Below the pieces are notes generated by a model. It did no database searches. It was not told where the DNA came from and was given only the letters and a program-made list of their open reading frames with translations. This document shows, one piece after another, positions 1 through 6,104 of a DNA stretch of 64,000 nucleotides. Numbering within the stretch: the stretch's first letter is position 1; the number at the start of each line of letters is the position of its first letter. The translations under genes were made by a program, and so were the position numbers. This DNA is from an uncultured Candidatus Saccharibacteria bacterium (GTDB lineage: Bacteria > Patescibacteriota > Saccharimonadia > Saccharimonadales > 2-12-FULL-41-12). The stretch is taken from the NCBI GenBank assembly GCA_964573095.1, contig CAZNIK010000001.1, positions 121,004-185,003 of the forward strand, read 5' to 3'.

Positions 1-114
1 TATCGTATTTACGGTAGTGGAGGCGAACCAATAAAATACTGCAAATTCCAACAAATTGAGCGCTTAGCCAAAGTACTCCAAGTGCCAGTAGAGGCCTTGC
101 CCATAGTCGGTTGA
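1..114 (+). CDS. 3' end of a gene cut by the window edge; tail resembles the C-terminal helix of an XRE/Cro-type HTH protein
   Basis: Frame 1 is open from base 1 to TGA at 112-114 (..GEPIKYCKFQQIERLAKVLQVPVEALPIVG*). The IERLAKVLQVPVEAL segment resembles the last helix of Cro/C1 HTH domains. Only 37 codons are visible. Confidence 0.3.
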   Translation, partial: YRIYGSGGEPIKYCKFQQIERLAKVLQVPVEALPIVG

Positions 115-140
115 TAGTAATCTGCCGAACTCGCCTGTTC

Positions 141-677
141 TTATTTACACAATTCGGCGAGCTTGTTGGTTGTGTTGGCATTTCGTATGGTCACCGATTG
201 ATAGGCTTTGGCGCCAACAATTTTGCTATATCTCGTGCGGCTAAAAGTCTTTATTGGCGCAGACCAGAATATTACTGGATCAAAGGCTGCAACCTTCTCG
301 TACTCGAGTTTTGCACCCCCGACTTCGTTCATAATTTCTTCTGCCTTTTTGGGTGGAATTACGAAGATTGCGTTATGCTTTGACACAGCATCCTTGTTCC
401 ACCAACTTGGGGCATTGTCTAGAGCTGCCCTCAGTTCATCCGCAGAGATGACCGAACAAACGACATGAAACCCAAATTGCTTTTCGATTGCGGCTTCGCA
501 CATTTGTACAAGCTTGGTCTTGTCTGTCTGGGCTGACTCAAAAATAACATTACCAGAATTAATGTAGGTAAAAACATTTTTGAATCCCATTTTTTCAAAA
601 CAGTTTTTTAGCTCTGGCATTGGTACTTTTTTATTGCCACCTACATTTATTCCCCGAAGTAGTGCGATATATTTCAT
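141..677 (-). CDS. DUF1697 domain-containing protein
   Basis: 178-aa ORF. The N-terminus MKYIALLRGINVGGNKKVPMPELK is the hallmark opening of DUF1697 proteins, and the length is typical. Confidence 0.8.
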   Translation of the reverse strand: MKYIALLRGINVGGNKKVPMPELKNCFEKMGFKNVFTYINSGNVIFESAQTDKTKLVQMCEAAIEKQFGFHVVCSVISADELRAALDNAPSWWNKDAVSKHNAIFVIPPKKAEEIMNEVGGAKLEYEKVAAFDPVIFWSAPIKTFSRTRYSKIVGAKAYQSVTIRNANTTNKLAELCK

Positions 678-768
678 GAGTTGCTTGTAATTATACGAAA
701 AGAAGTCCGATAACGTGAGCGATTGCCGAAGTTCTTATTGGAAACTAATAAACTTCTTAAAGTAGAAA

Positions 769-1260
769 CTATTTCTTCATAATAAATTGGCTACTGCCTG
801 GATCCGGTATGGAATTTTTAATACGATCAGCGAATTGTTTAGGGTTTGGTACTTCAGAGAACAAAAGGTCCGTTCCGAGCGTTGGAACAAAGACCGATAC
901 TGTTCCGGCGCCCACCAGTCTCTCCACTATTGACTGTCGAACGATCACAGACTGCATATTCCTATAAGGATAGGCTTTTTCTGTGCGCTTAAGAACGCCG
1001 TACCTCATAATTAACTCTTCGTCTTGTATCTCGTACGTTTCGCTGCTCCACTTTGTTAGCATAAATACCAGAACGCCAATTTGAATGGGCAATAAGACTA
1101 GCTGAGTTAATGGCGATATCAGCCTTATGTCATAACCAAGCTGCTCGCCAAGCAGTTGAGCAATTGCTCCGACAAGTAAATACACCAGCTCAATGAGCAC
1201 TTCCAATACGATTATTTTAAAAGCCAATAGGACGGGGCTTTTATGAACTATAGTGTTCAT
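769..1260 (-). CDS. bacterial PH-domain (bPH_2, YdbS/YdbT-like) membrane protein
   Basis: 163 aa. Two N-terminal hydrophobic helices are followed by YEIQDEELIMRYGVLKRTEKAYPYRNMQSVIVRQSIVERLVGAGTV, the DUF304/bPH_2 pattern. Confidence 0.7.
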   Translation of the reverse strand: MNTIVHKSPVLLAFKIIVLEVLIELVYLLVGAIAQLLGEQLGYDIRLISPLTQLVLLPIQIGVLVFMLTKWSSETYEIQDEELIMRYGVLKRTEKAYPYRNMQSVIVRQSIVERLVGAGTVSVFVPTLGTDLLFSEVPNPKQFADRIKNSIPDPGSSQFIMKK

Positions 1261-1308
1261 GCAGCAGCCTTGGCCCTATACTTAATCGCTCTCGCAGAAC
1301 AATTAACA

Positions 1309-1476
1309 TTAATGTGGATACCATACATTTCTATGTTTAGGCTTCCTAAGGTAGAGCGCGCCTAGATTCTTATACACACTTCTGCCAGTTATTTTTTTCT
1401 GGAGATATCTCATATCATCAAGAGCTAGTCGTTTACCTAATTTACTTCTTTTTGCGCCATGCTTTAGTGATTTCAT
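1309..1476 (-). CDS. small basic protein, 55 aa (below the ORF-track cutoff), unknown function
   Basis: ATG at 1476 is preceded by AAGGAGAG (complement of 1481-1488); stop TAA at 1309-1311. Translation: MKSLKHGAKRSKLGKRLALDDMRYLQKKITGRSVYKNLGALYLRKPKHRNVWYPH. No family recognised. Confidence 0.35.
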   Translation of the reverse strand: MKSLKHGAKRSKLGKRLALDDMRYLQKKITGRSVYKNLGALYLRKPKHRNVWYPH

Positions 1477-1497
1477 TTGACTCTCCTTATTAATTTA

Positions 1498-1547
1498 TTT
1501 GCACGAGAAGATTTGCATGTTATACTAGTAATTATTATTAACTAGTA
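1498..1547. promoter_or_regulatory. divergent promoter region with an operator-like inverted repeat
   Basis: TTTGCA (1498-1503), a 17-nt spacer, then TATACT (1521-1526) reads as a sigma70-like promoter toward 1562. It overlaps the inverted repeat TACTAGT (1523-1529) ... ACTAGTA (1541-1547). Confidence 0.3.
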
Positions 1548-1561
1548 AATAAAGTATACCA

Positions 1562-1867
1562 ATGCGTACAACATACAGTCAAGAACAAATTATTAAAACT
1601 AAAAGCATCGCCAAAGTTATTGGAGATGCTAGCAATGTGCTTATTCTCTACGAACTAATGAATTTCGGCGAAAAATCGTTTAATGAGCTAAAAAGGATGA
1701 CCGACATCAATGCTGTCACCCTTTCTAGAAAGCTCACACTACTCAAAGCAGAGGGACTGGTGGATAGTCGCAAGTGCGGCATTGAGAATCGTTATTTTGT
1801 TACTGATAAGTCAGAAGAATTTAGGCCCCTAATTAGGGATATAGAAAGTTTAGTAATTAATAAATAA
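1562..1867 (+). CDS. HxlR/ArsR-type winged-helix transcriptional regulator
   Basis: 101 aa. ILYELMNFGEKSFNELKRMTDINAVTLSRKLTLLKAEGLV matches the HxlR-type wHTH recognition region. Confidence 0.65.
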   Translation: MRTTYSQEQIIKTKSIAKVIGDASNVLILYELMNFGEKSFNELKRMTDINAVTLSRKLTLLKAEGLVDSRKCGIENRYFVTDKSEEFRPLIRDIESLVINK

Positions 1868-1876
1868 GGAGGATAT

Positions 1877-2098
1877 ATGGGATTATTTGATTCAATACAA
1901 AACATCATAGGTGGAGCTGCGGATTCAGCGCAAGGATCTATTGGAGACGCTGTTGGAGGTATAGCCGACAACCAAATCGTACAGGACTTACAAGATCAAG
2001 CAACAACTATTACCGATGGTGCAACTGAGGCTGTAACTTCAGTTACCGAGCAAGGCCAAACCGTGGTCGAAGACATCACTCAGAATCTGGGCCTATAA
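1877..2098 (+). CDS. small acidic Gly/Asp/Thr-rich protein, unknown function
   Basis: 73-aa ORF. AAGGAGG (1866-1872) lies 4 nt upstream of the ATG, 9 nt after the regulator's stop, so it is probably co-transcribed. No family recognised. Confidence 0.5.
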   Translation: MGLFDSIQNIIGGAADSAQGSIGDAVGGIADNQIVQDLQDQATTITDGATEAVTSVTEQGQTVVEDITQNLGL

Positions 2099-2122
2099 AA
2101 AGCCGCCAGACGCTTGGGGCGG

Positions 2123-2455
2123 TTACTTCTTCTTGTTTTTCTTGGGCTTGGGCATAGGAAGTGCCTTTGCTGTCTCGCGAGCGAGACTAGCCATAAATTC
2201 GTGATCATCAAACAATTCTTCGGACACAATAATTTGAGGTTTACCGCCTGGGTAGGCAGGACCATGCTTGGCTTGTCGCAGCAATGTAAGCCCAGCCTCA
2301 GTTGGCTTTAGGAACAAAGTGTCGTCACAGACCAGGGCAATTACTTTTTCGTTGCAATATATAGCATATTCACCAAACATCTTGCGATTTCGTAAATTAC
2401 CACCACCAGCCATCTGTTCGGTTATATAATCTACGAGTTCTTGTTTGCTTGCCAT
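2123..2455 (-). CDS. TfoX N-terminal domain family protein
   Basis: 110 aa. MASKQELVDYITEQMAGGGNLRNRKMFGEYAIYCNEKVIALVCDDTLFLKPTEAG is the TfoX_N pattern (KMFGeyaly..gk.fa.v.dd.L.lK). Confidence 0.7.
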   Translation of the reverse strand: MASKQELVDYITEQMAGGGNLRNRKMFGEYAIYCNEKVIALVCDDTLFLKPTEAGLTLLRQAKHGPAYPGGKPQIIVSEELFDDHEFMASLARETAKALPMPKPKKNKKK

Positions 2456-2548
2456 CTATAGAATAATTATATCAGCTAAACTATGTTGGTTTTATGAGGC
2501 GCGGTCACTGAAAGAGATGTATCCCTTTCACTGCTTGGTCCGTCTTTA

Positions 2549-2569
2549 GCTAGTCGGACGCTTGTAATT
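2549..2569. repeat. degenerate third copy of the 23-nt repeat (GCTAGTcGGACGC-TTG-TAA)
   Basis: Aligns with gaps to GCTAGTGGACGYACTTCGCAACT at 3010-3032 and 3636-3658. It lies 6 nt beyond the stop of the 2577-2954 gene. Confidence 0.35.
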
Positions 2570-2576
2570 CTAAAGG

Positions 2577-2954
2577 CTAATGATAGCCTTCCACAAAGCC
2601 TGGAGCAGCAGATGCCACCCTATACGACTCGCCCTTGCGAATAATAGAAATTGGGGCTTCGCCGTCGAACTGAGAGTTTTCGCCAAACATTACGGATTGA
2701 ATTAAGTCAGATGTGAAACCTTTAGTTTGTAGTACTTCGGCTACCTCAACCATATCTCTCAATCTGGTTTCTTGTTCAAAGCTAGGAGACGTGTCTCCGG
2801 AAGCAAAGTCATCAATTTGTGCTAAGTCTAGAGTCTCTTGAATTGCGTAGGCAACTATCCCTCTGCTATACGCTTCATTAAGAAATGGCATGATTTCTGG
2901 AATAGGTCTGTTTCTAAGACTTTCGTTACCTTCTTGAGATTGCGGTTTACTCAT
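2577..2954 (-). CDS. hypothetical protein with a DUF2384-like (Xre/MbcA/ParS antitoxin-type) C-terminal region
   Basis: The ORF-track start at 2963 is TTG; the first ATG is at 2954 (MSKPQSQ..). The C-terminus SVMFGENSQFDGEAPISIIRKGESYRVASAAPGFVEG resembles the DUF2384 consensus (W...p...LgG.tP..ll.t..G...V...L.ri..G). Confidence 0.45.
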   Translation of the reverse strand: MSKPQSQEGNESLRNRPIPEIMPFLNEAYSRGIVAYAIQETLDLAQIDDFASGDTSPSFEQETRLRDMVEVAEVLQTKGFTSDLIQSVMFGENSQFDGEAPISIIRKGESYRVASAAPGFVEGYH

Positions 2955-2959
2955 ATATA

Positions 2960-2987
2960 GCAAAGTACCATATTCATGGTACTTTGC
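2960..2987. promoter_or_regulatory. perfect 12-bp inverted repeat with a 4-nt spacer (operator or hairpin)
   Basis: GCAAAGTACCAT (2960-2971), attc, ATGGTACTTTGC (2976-2987). It sits between the two cassette genes, 5 nt upstream of the ATG at 2954. Confidence 0.5.
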
Positions 2988-3009
2988 ATATTGGTCGTGC
3001 TTGACTCTC

Positions 3010-3032
3010 GCTAGTGGACGTACTTCGCAACT
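3010..3032. repeat. 23-nt repeat, copy B (GCTAGTGGACGTACTTCGCAACT)
   Basis: 22/23 identical to 3636-3658. It abuts the stop codon (3033-3035) of the 199-aa gene. Confidence 0.8.
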
Positions 3033-3632
3033 TTAACGGTGACGATTCTCCAACTCTTTCAAATCATCTTCAGTTATTAGCTCAAAAGAGTCTTTCAAGT
3101 TAATGCCGTTTTCTCCATAAAGCTCTGTCATCTTATTCGATAGAGCAACTGACATTCTTCCTACCAGTCCGCCTGCCATTTTTAAGATATAAACAAAGTC
3201 ATCGGGCGGAATATAGTTAGTCAATATTACGGTCTGAGCTCGCGGAGCTACCTCTCCATTATCCATTGTGTCTCCCTCTGCATATATCATCACTCGTTCA
3301 TCGATATGATCAGCGTGACCAACCATGGTATTTCTTTGGCGCATTATTGCATCATGTGCTCGTTGATCCGAGGGGTCTTTAAATTTCTCCCATTTTGATG
3401 AGATTTTGCCCAGAGGCTTCATCTCAGAGAACGCTCTACCGTATGCGATGACCATAGCCGCATGAAGTGGACGGTATAAAGGGTTGTTATGGCTTACCTT
3501 CGTATCCATGGCGAGTTTTGCGCTTTCAGCAGCCTCTTCAATACTCGATCTCGCAATTGAAAGTTTATAAATCTCCGCTCGCCGAAGTATGTTTTCCAGA
3601 TCAGTCATTGTTCTAATCATACCAAAATGCAC
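3033..3632 (-). CDS. hypothetical protein with a HEPN-like R-N-x4-H motif (candidate RNase/abortive-infection-type toxin)
   Basis: 199-aa ORF. The start at 3632 is GTG; alternative ATGs are at 3620 and 3608. R100-N-T-M-V-G-H106 followed by ADH fits the Rx4-6H HEPN signature (RNxxAH-like), with an upstream helix AMVIAYGRAF. Family assignment not verified. Confidence 0.5.
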   Translation of the reverse strand: MHFGMIRTMTDLENILRRAEIYKLSIARSSIEEAAESAKLAMDTKVSHNNPLYRPLHAAMVIAYGRAFSEMKPLGKISSKWEKFKDPSDQRAHDAIMRQRNTMVGHADHIDERVMIYAEGDTMDNGEVAPRAQTVILTNYIPPDDFVYILKMAGGLVGRMSVALSNKMTELYGENGINLKDSFELITEDDLKELENRHR

Positions 3633-3635
3633 CTA

Positions 3636-3658
3636 GCTAGTGGACGCACTTCGCAACT
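3636..3658. repeat. 23-nt repeat, copy A (GCTAGTGGACGCACTTCGCAACT)
   Basis: 22/23 identical to 3010-3032. It lies 3 nt upstream (minus-strand sense) of the GTG at 3632. Confidence 0.8.
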
Positions 3659-4025
3659 GTTTTGAACTAGGAACAGAGGTAAATGTCCCCAGCACTTACT
3701 CTATCTCTATGCTTGCAAGCATGACCCCCCCCTGAGTTTCTGGCAACAGATTAGGGCGTTGTACAATGTCGAATATTGTGCGATCGTGCCTGTCGCAACC
3801 CGGATGTTGCACAAGAACATGTGCGACGTCTACTGGCGCAACTTGAAACCCAATATAAAATCTTCAATCTATTCATGTTGCCCCCCCACCTTCCTCTTTG
3901 TTCTTCGCTTTTCTGTACTTAGTTCGTGCACAAATTTTTTTCTTACAATTATTTCAATGTCATCAATGTGAAATCGTAAATACTGTCCCAAGAGAGGTAT
4001 ACTAGTCTCACAAGAGACTAAGCGC

Positions 4026-4310
4026 ATGAAAAAAATTGATTTTCATATCCATACTATTGCCACAGATGTTGATTCAAGGTTCGAGTTTGATATAGCCAAG
4101 TTGGTCGAATACATAGAAGGCATGGGCTTAGATGGCATAGCTATAACAAATCATAACGAATTTGATCGTGTGCAATATGAAGCCATTTGTAACAAACTTG
4201 TTTGGTTTCAATTCCAGTGCGGGCATACAAAAAGTCAGAACCAAATTAACAGTTCTGACTTTGTATGTTCCAGCTTGGCTCCGGGGAAAGGATTCGAACC
4301 TTCGACCTAG
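4026..4310 (+). pseudogene. truncated PHP-domain gene (N-terminal ~58 codons only)
   Basis: MKKIDFHIHTIATDV...GLDGIAITNHNEF carries PHP motifs I/II (HxH and ..TNHN). Recognisable sequence ends near 4200. The open frame then runs through the tRNA-Asn terminator and into the tRNA gene, so the tail is not genuine coding sequence. Confidence 0.6.
4227..4260 (-). terminator. intrinsic terminator downstream of tRNA-Asn
   Basis: On the minus strand, AGTCAGAAC (4260-4252) pairs with GTTCTGACT (4241-4233) and is followed by TTTT(G). Confidence 0.55.
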
Positions 4311-4350
4311 TGGTTAACAGCCACCCGCTCTACCGCTGAGCTACCCCGGA
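4276..4350 (-). tRNA. tRNA-Asn (anticodon GTT), CCA encoded
   Basis: The reverse complement folds as a cloverleaf: TCCGGGG/TA/GCTC-AGCGGTA-GAGC/G/GGTGG-CTGTTAA-CCACT/AGGTC/GAAGG-TTCGAAT-CCTTT/CCCCGGA/G/CCA. 75 nt. Confidence 0.95.
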
Positions 4351-4492
4351 ATATTGCCTCTTGGCTTACGTGGACAAATCTACAAATTTTCTCTTTTTAA
4401 GTCGCACAGAGAACGAATTCTATGCAAGAACTTCGAATTTTTCTAGATTTGGCACCCACCTATTCTAGCTTTTCTGGGGTGCAGTGTAAATA

Positions 4493-4963
4493 TTATTGAT
4501 TGAGTGAGCGGGCGATGTCGCGGTCGGTGTCGCGTTTTTTGATCACTTGGCGCTTGTCGTGTTGTTTTCTACCTACCCCGACCCCGATGCGAAGCTTTAT
4601 GTAGCGTCCTTTGGTGAGAAGTTCGGTCGGAATGATTGATTTGCCTTGTTTTTTGGCTTCTAGCAGCGCCTTGACTTCCCTCTTTTTAAGTAACAATTTT
4701 CGGCTTCTGCTCTGCTCTGATTCGGTAAGTTTTATGCCGTTAAACCCGGTAATTGTTGCGTTTAGAAGATAAAGCTCATCGTCTTTGACGGTTACGTAGG
4801 CGCCTTTTAGATGGCCGTGCCCCATACGTAGCGCCTTTGTTTCTGCCCCAGTCAATACCAAGCCAGCCACATAGTTGTCACTAAGTTCGTAGTCGAACGT
4901 GGCTCGCTTGTTTTGGATTCGTTTGGTGGGCTGCGCTCGCTTCTTTGGCATAACAGTTATCAA
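4493..4963 (-). CDS. smpB: SsrA-binding protein SmpB
   Basis: 156 aa. KRATFDYELSDNYVAGLVLTGAETKALRMGHGHLKGAYV and the basic C-terminal tail are the typical SmpB sequence. Confidence 0.95.
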   Translation of the reverse strand: MITVMPKKRAQPTKRIQNKRATFDYELSDNYVAGLVLTGAETKALRMGHGHLKGAYVTVKDDELYLLNATITGFNGIKLTESEQSRSRKLLLKKREVKALLEAKKQGKSIIPTELLTKGRYIKLRIGVGVGRKQHDKRQVIKKRDTDRDIARSLNQ

Positions 4964-4995
4964 GTATGGAGGATGTTGCTAAAAATTACAATATG

Positions 4996-5004
4996 TGCTA
5001 TAAT
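4996..5004 (+). promoter_or_regulatory. extended -10 promoter element (TGcTATAAT)
   Basis: TG at 4996-4997 and TATAAT at 4999-5004. The ATG at 5015 lies 10 nt downstream with no Shine-Dalgarno, suggesting a leaderless or near-leaderless mRNA. Confidence 0.45.
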
Positions 5005-5014
5005 AGACGTCATC

Positions 5015-6094
5015 ATGGTATACGAGACAATTGTCCCTCAGCTCGAGAGGCTGGTAGATCCAAAGGAGCTTGCTAGCCCAGCTACGATGAATGCAACAAT
5101 GCACACGCTTTCTGGTCTTAATCCCAAAAATGCGATTACGCAGTTGCCAGACATAAATATGCAACTGGGGGTTCCTAACTACTATAGACTACCAGCGTCA
5201 GACCCAAGGGCCGAGAATCGAGTGCTCTATATCCCGGATATTGGCTCACATTTAAGTGTGCATACATCTCTGACGATGCTGGCTTTGGACAGTTTAAATA
5301 ACGGTAACGCTGAGATCATTGGCGCGCAGATTCCAGAGATTCTTGATCGTTATAACTATGGTTCCTCTTGGAACAACAGCGAAAAAATTCTGCCAGATTA
5401 TCAAGTAATGCTGGAGCTTGAATCTGGCAAGTTTGCATTAGCTGCGCAAAAAATAATAAAAATTGCCCAAAACACTGACAATTCTTCGTCCCGTCTTCAC
5501 ATCGTTGGTGTGGGGGCTGGAGCGGCGATCGCGGCTTCGGTGATGCAACTATCGGAATTTATGTACGACAATAACCAGCTAACTTCACCTGCTGAATCGG
5601 TTACATTAATTGATCCACCAAATACAACTAAAAGAGCTGGGTTTGATGTTGAGTCGGATATGCGGCAGTCGCTTCGGAGTCTGCGGAGGGCTGCTAAGGA
5701 CGAAAATCTTGGATTCCTAGACTGGCACTATCGGGAGCATTTTGGAGCACATGGTCTGCTTGGTCGGGCCAAAAATTTGGCCGCTCATAACCAGCAATAC
5801 GCACTACCAATGAACCAAGCATTATTTCGAGGCTTTGGCAAAGGAAAGCTCAGTGACGATCTGGAGTATGCGCCCGGGGTTGAGAAGTTAATTGTGCGCA
5901 GTGTGGGCCATACGGTTTGCAGAAGCCTTGAGTCAGTGAAGGTTGCAGATGATGCGAGTTCTCCAGACGACGCAGACAGCAATGATTGTCGTAGGTTAGT
6001 CGAGATTGAAGGACTAGGTTATCCAATAGGGATGAGCCCGATTGCGGTGGCGGTGATCGCCAAAGCGGGCATTCAGTTGAGTGAGCGGGCTTAA
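5015..6094 (+). CDS. hypothetical protein
   Basis: The ORF-track start at 4913 overlaps smpB by 51 nt on the opposite strand. I prefer ATG 5015 (MVYETIVPQ..), just downstream of the TGcTATAAT box. It contains HIVGVGAGAAIAAS, a nucleophile-elbow-like turn without Ser. No family recognised. Confidence 0.55.
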   Translation: MVYETIVPQLERLVDPKELASPATMNATMHTLSGLNPKNAITQLPDINMQLGVPNYYRLPASDPRAENRVLYIPDIGSHLSVHTSLTMLALDSLNNGNAEIIGAQIPEILDRYNYGSSWNNSEKILPDYQVMLELESGKFALAAQKIIKIAQNTDNSSSRLHIVGVGAGAAIAASVMQLSEFMYDNNQLTSPAESVTLIDPPNTTKRAGFDVESDMRQSLRSLRRAAKDENLGFLDWHYREHFGAHGLLGRAKNLAAHNQQYALPMNQALFRGFGKGKLSDDLEYAPGVEKLIVRSVGHTVCRSLESVKVADDASSPDDADSNDCRRLVEIEGLGYPIGMSPIAVAVIAKAGIQLSERA

Positions 6095-6104
6095 GGCCTC
6101 TCAG

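Noticed and set aside
2080-2311. ORFs 2080-2265 (minus strand) and 2114-2311 (plus strand)
   Set aside because: Both are nested within or opposite the TfoX-N gene (2123-2455), which has a clear family signature. Their translations are Arg/Leu/Cys-rich and look like noise.
2500-2509. Shared 10-mer CGCGGTCACT at 2500-2509 and 31769-31778
   Set aside because: Exact 10-mer matches are expected many times by chance in 64 kb, and the flanks do not align.
2549-3658. Integron attC interpretation of the 23-nt repeats
   Set aside because: On the minus strand the repeat begins AGTTGCGAAG, which does not fit the GTTRRRY core. There is no paired inverse core forming an attC bulged hairpin, and no intI gene in the window.
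3759-3971. 70-aa plus-strand ORF in the non-coding patch
   Set aside because: It has no RBS, and its translation is Cys/Ser/Phe-rich and low-complexity. It spans a C7 homopolymer and has no recognisable domain, so I treat it as non-coding.
3660-4492. tmRNA (ssrA) expected near smpB
   Set aside because: I looked on both strands for a GGGG... 5' end paired with a T-arm/ACCA 3' end and for a tag-peptide ORF ending in Ala-Ala. I found only tRNA-Asn. ssrA is presumably elsewhere, but a covariance-model search would be needed to be certain.
4913-5014. N-terminal extension of the 393-aa ORF overlapping smpB
   Set aside because: The first 34 codons overlap the smpB start region on the other strand. 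An extended -10 box lies inside this extension, so ATG 5015 is the more plausible start.
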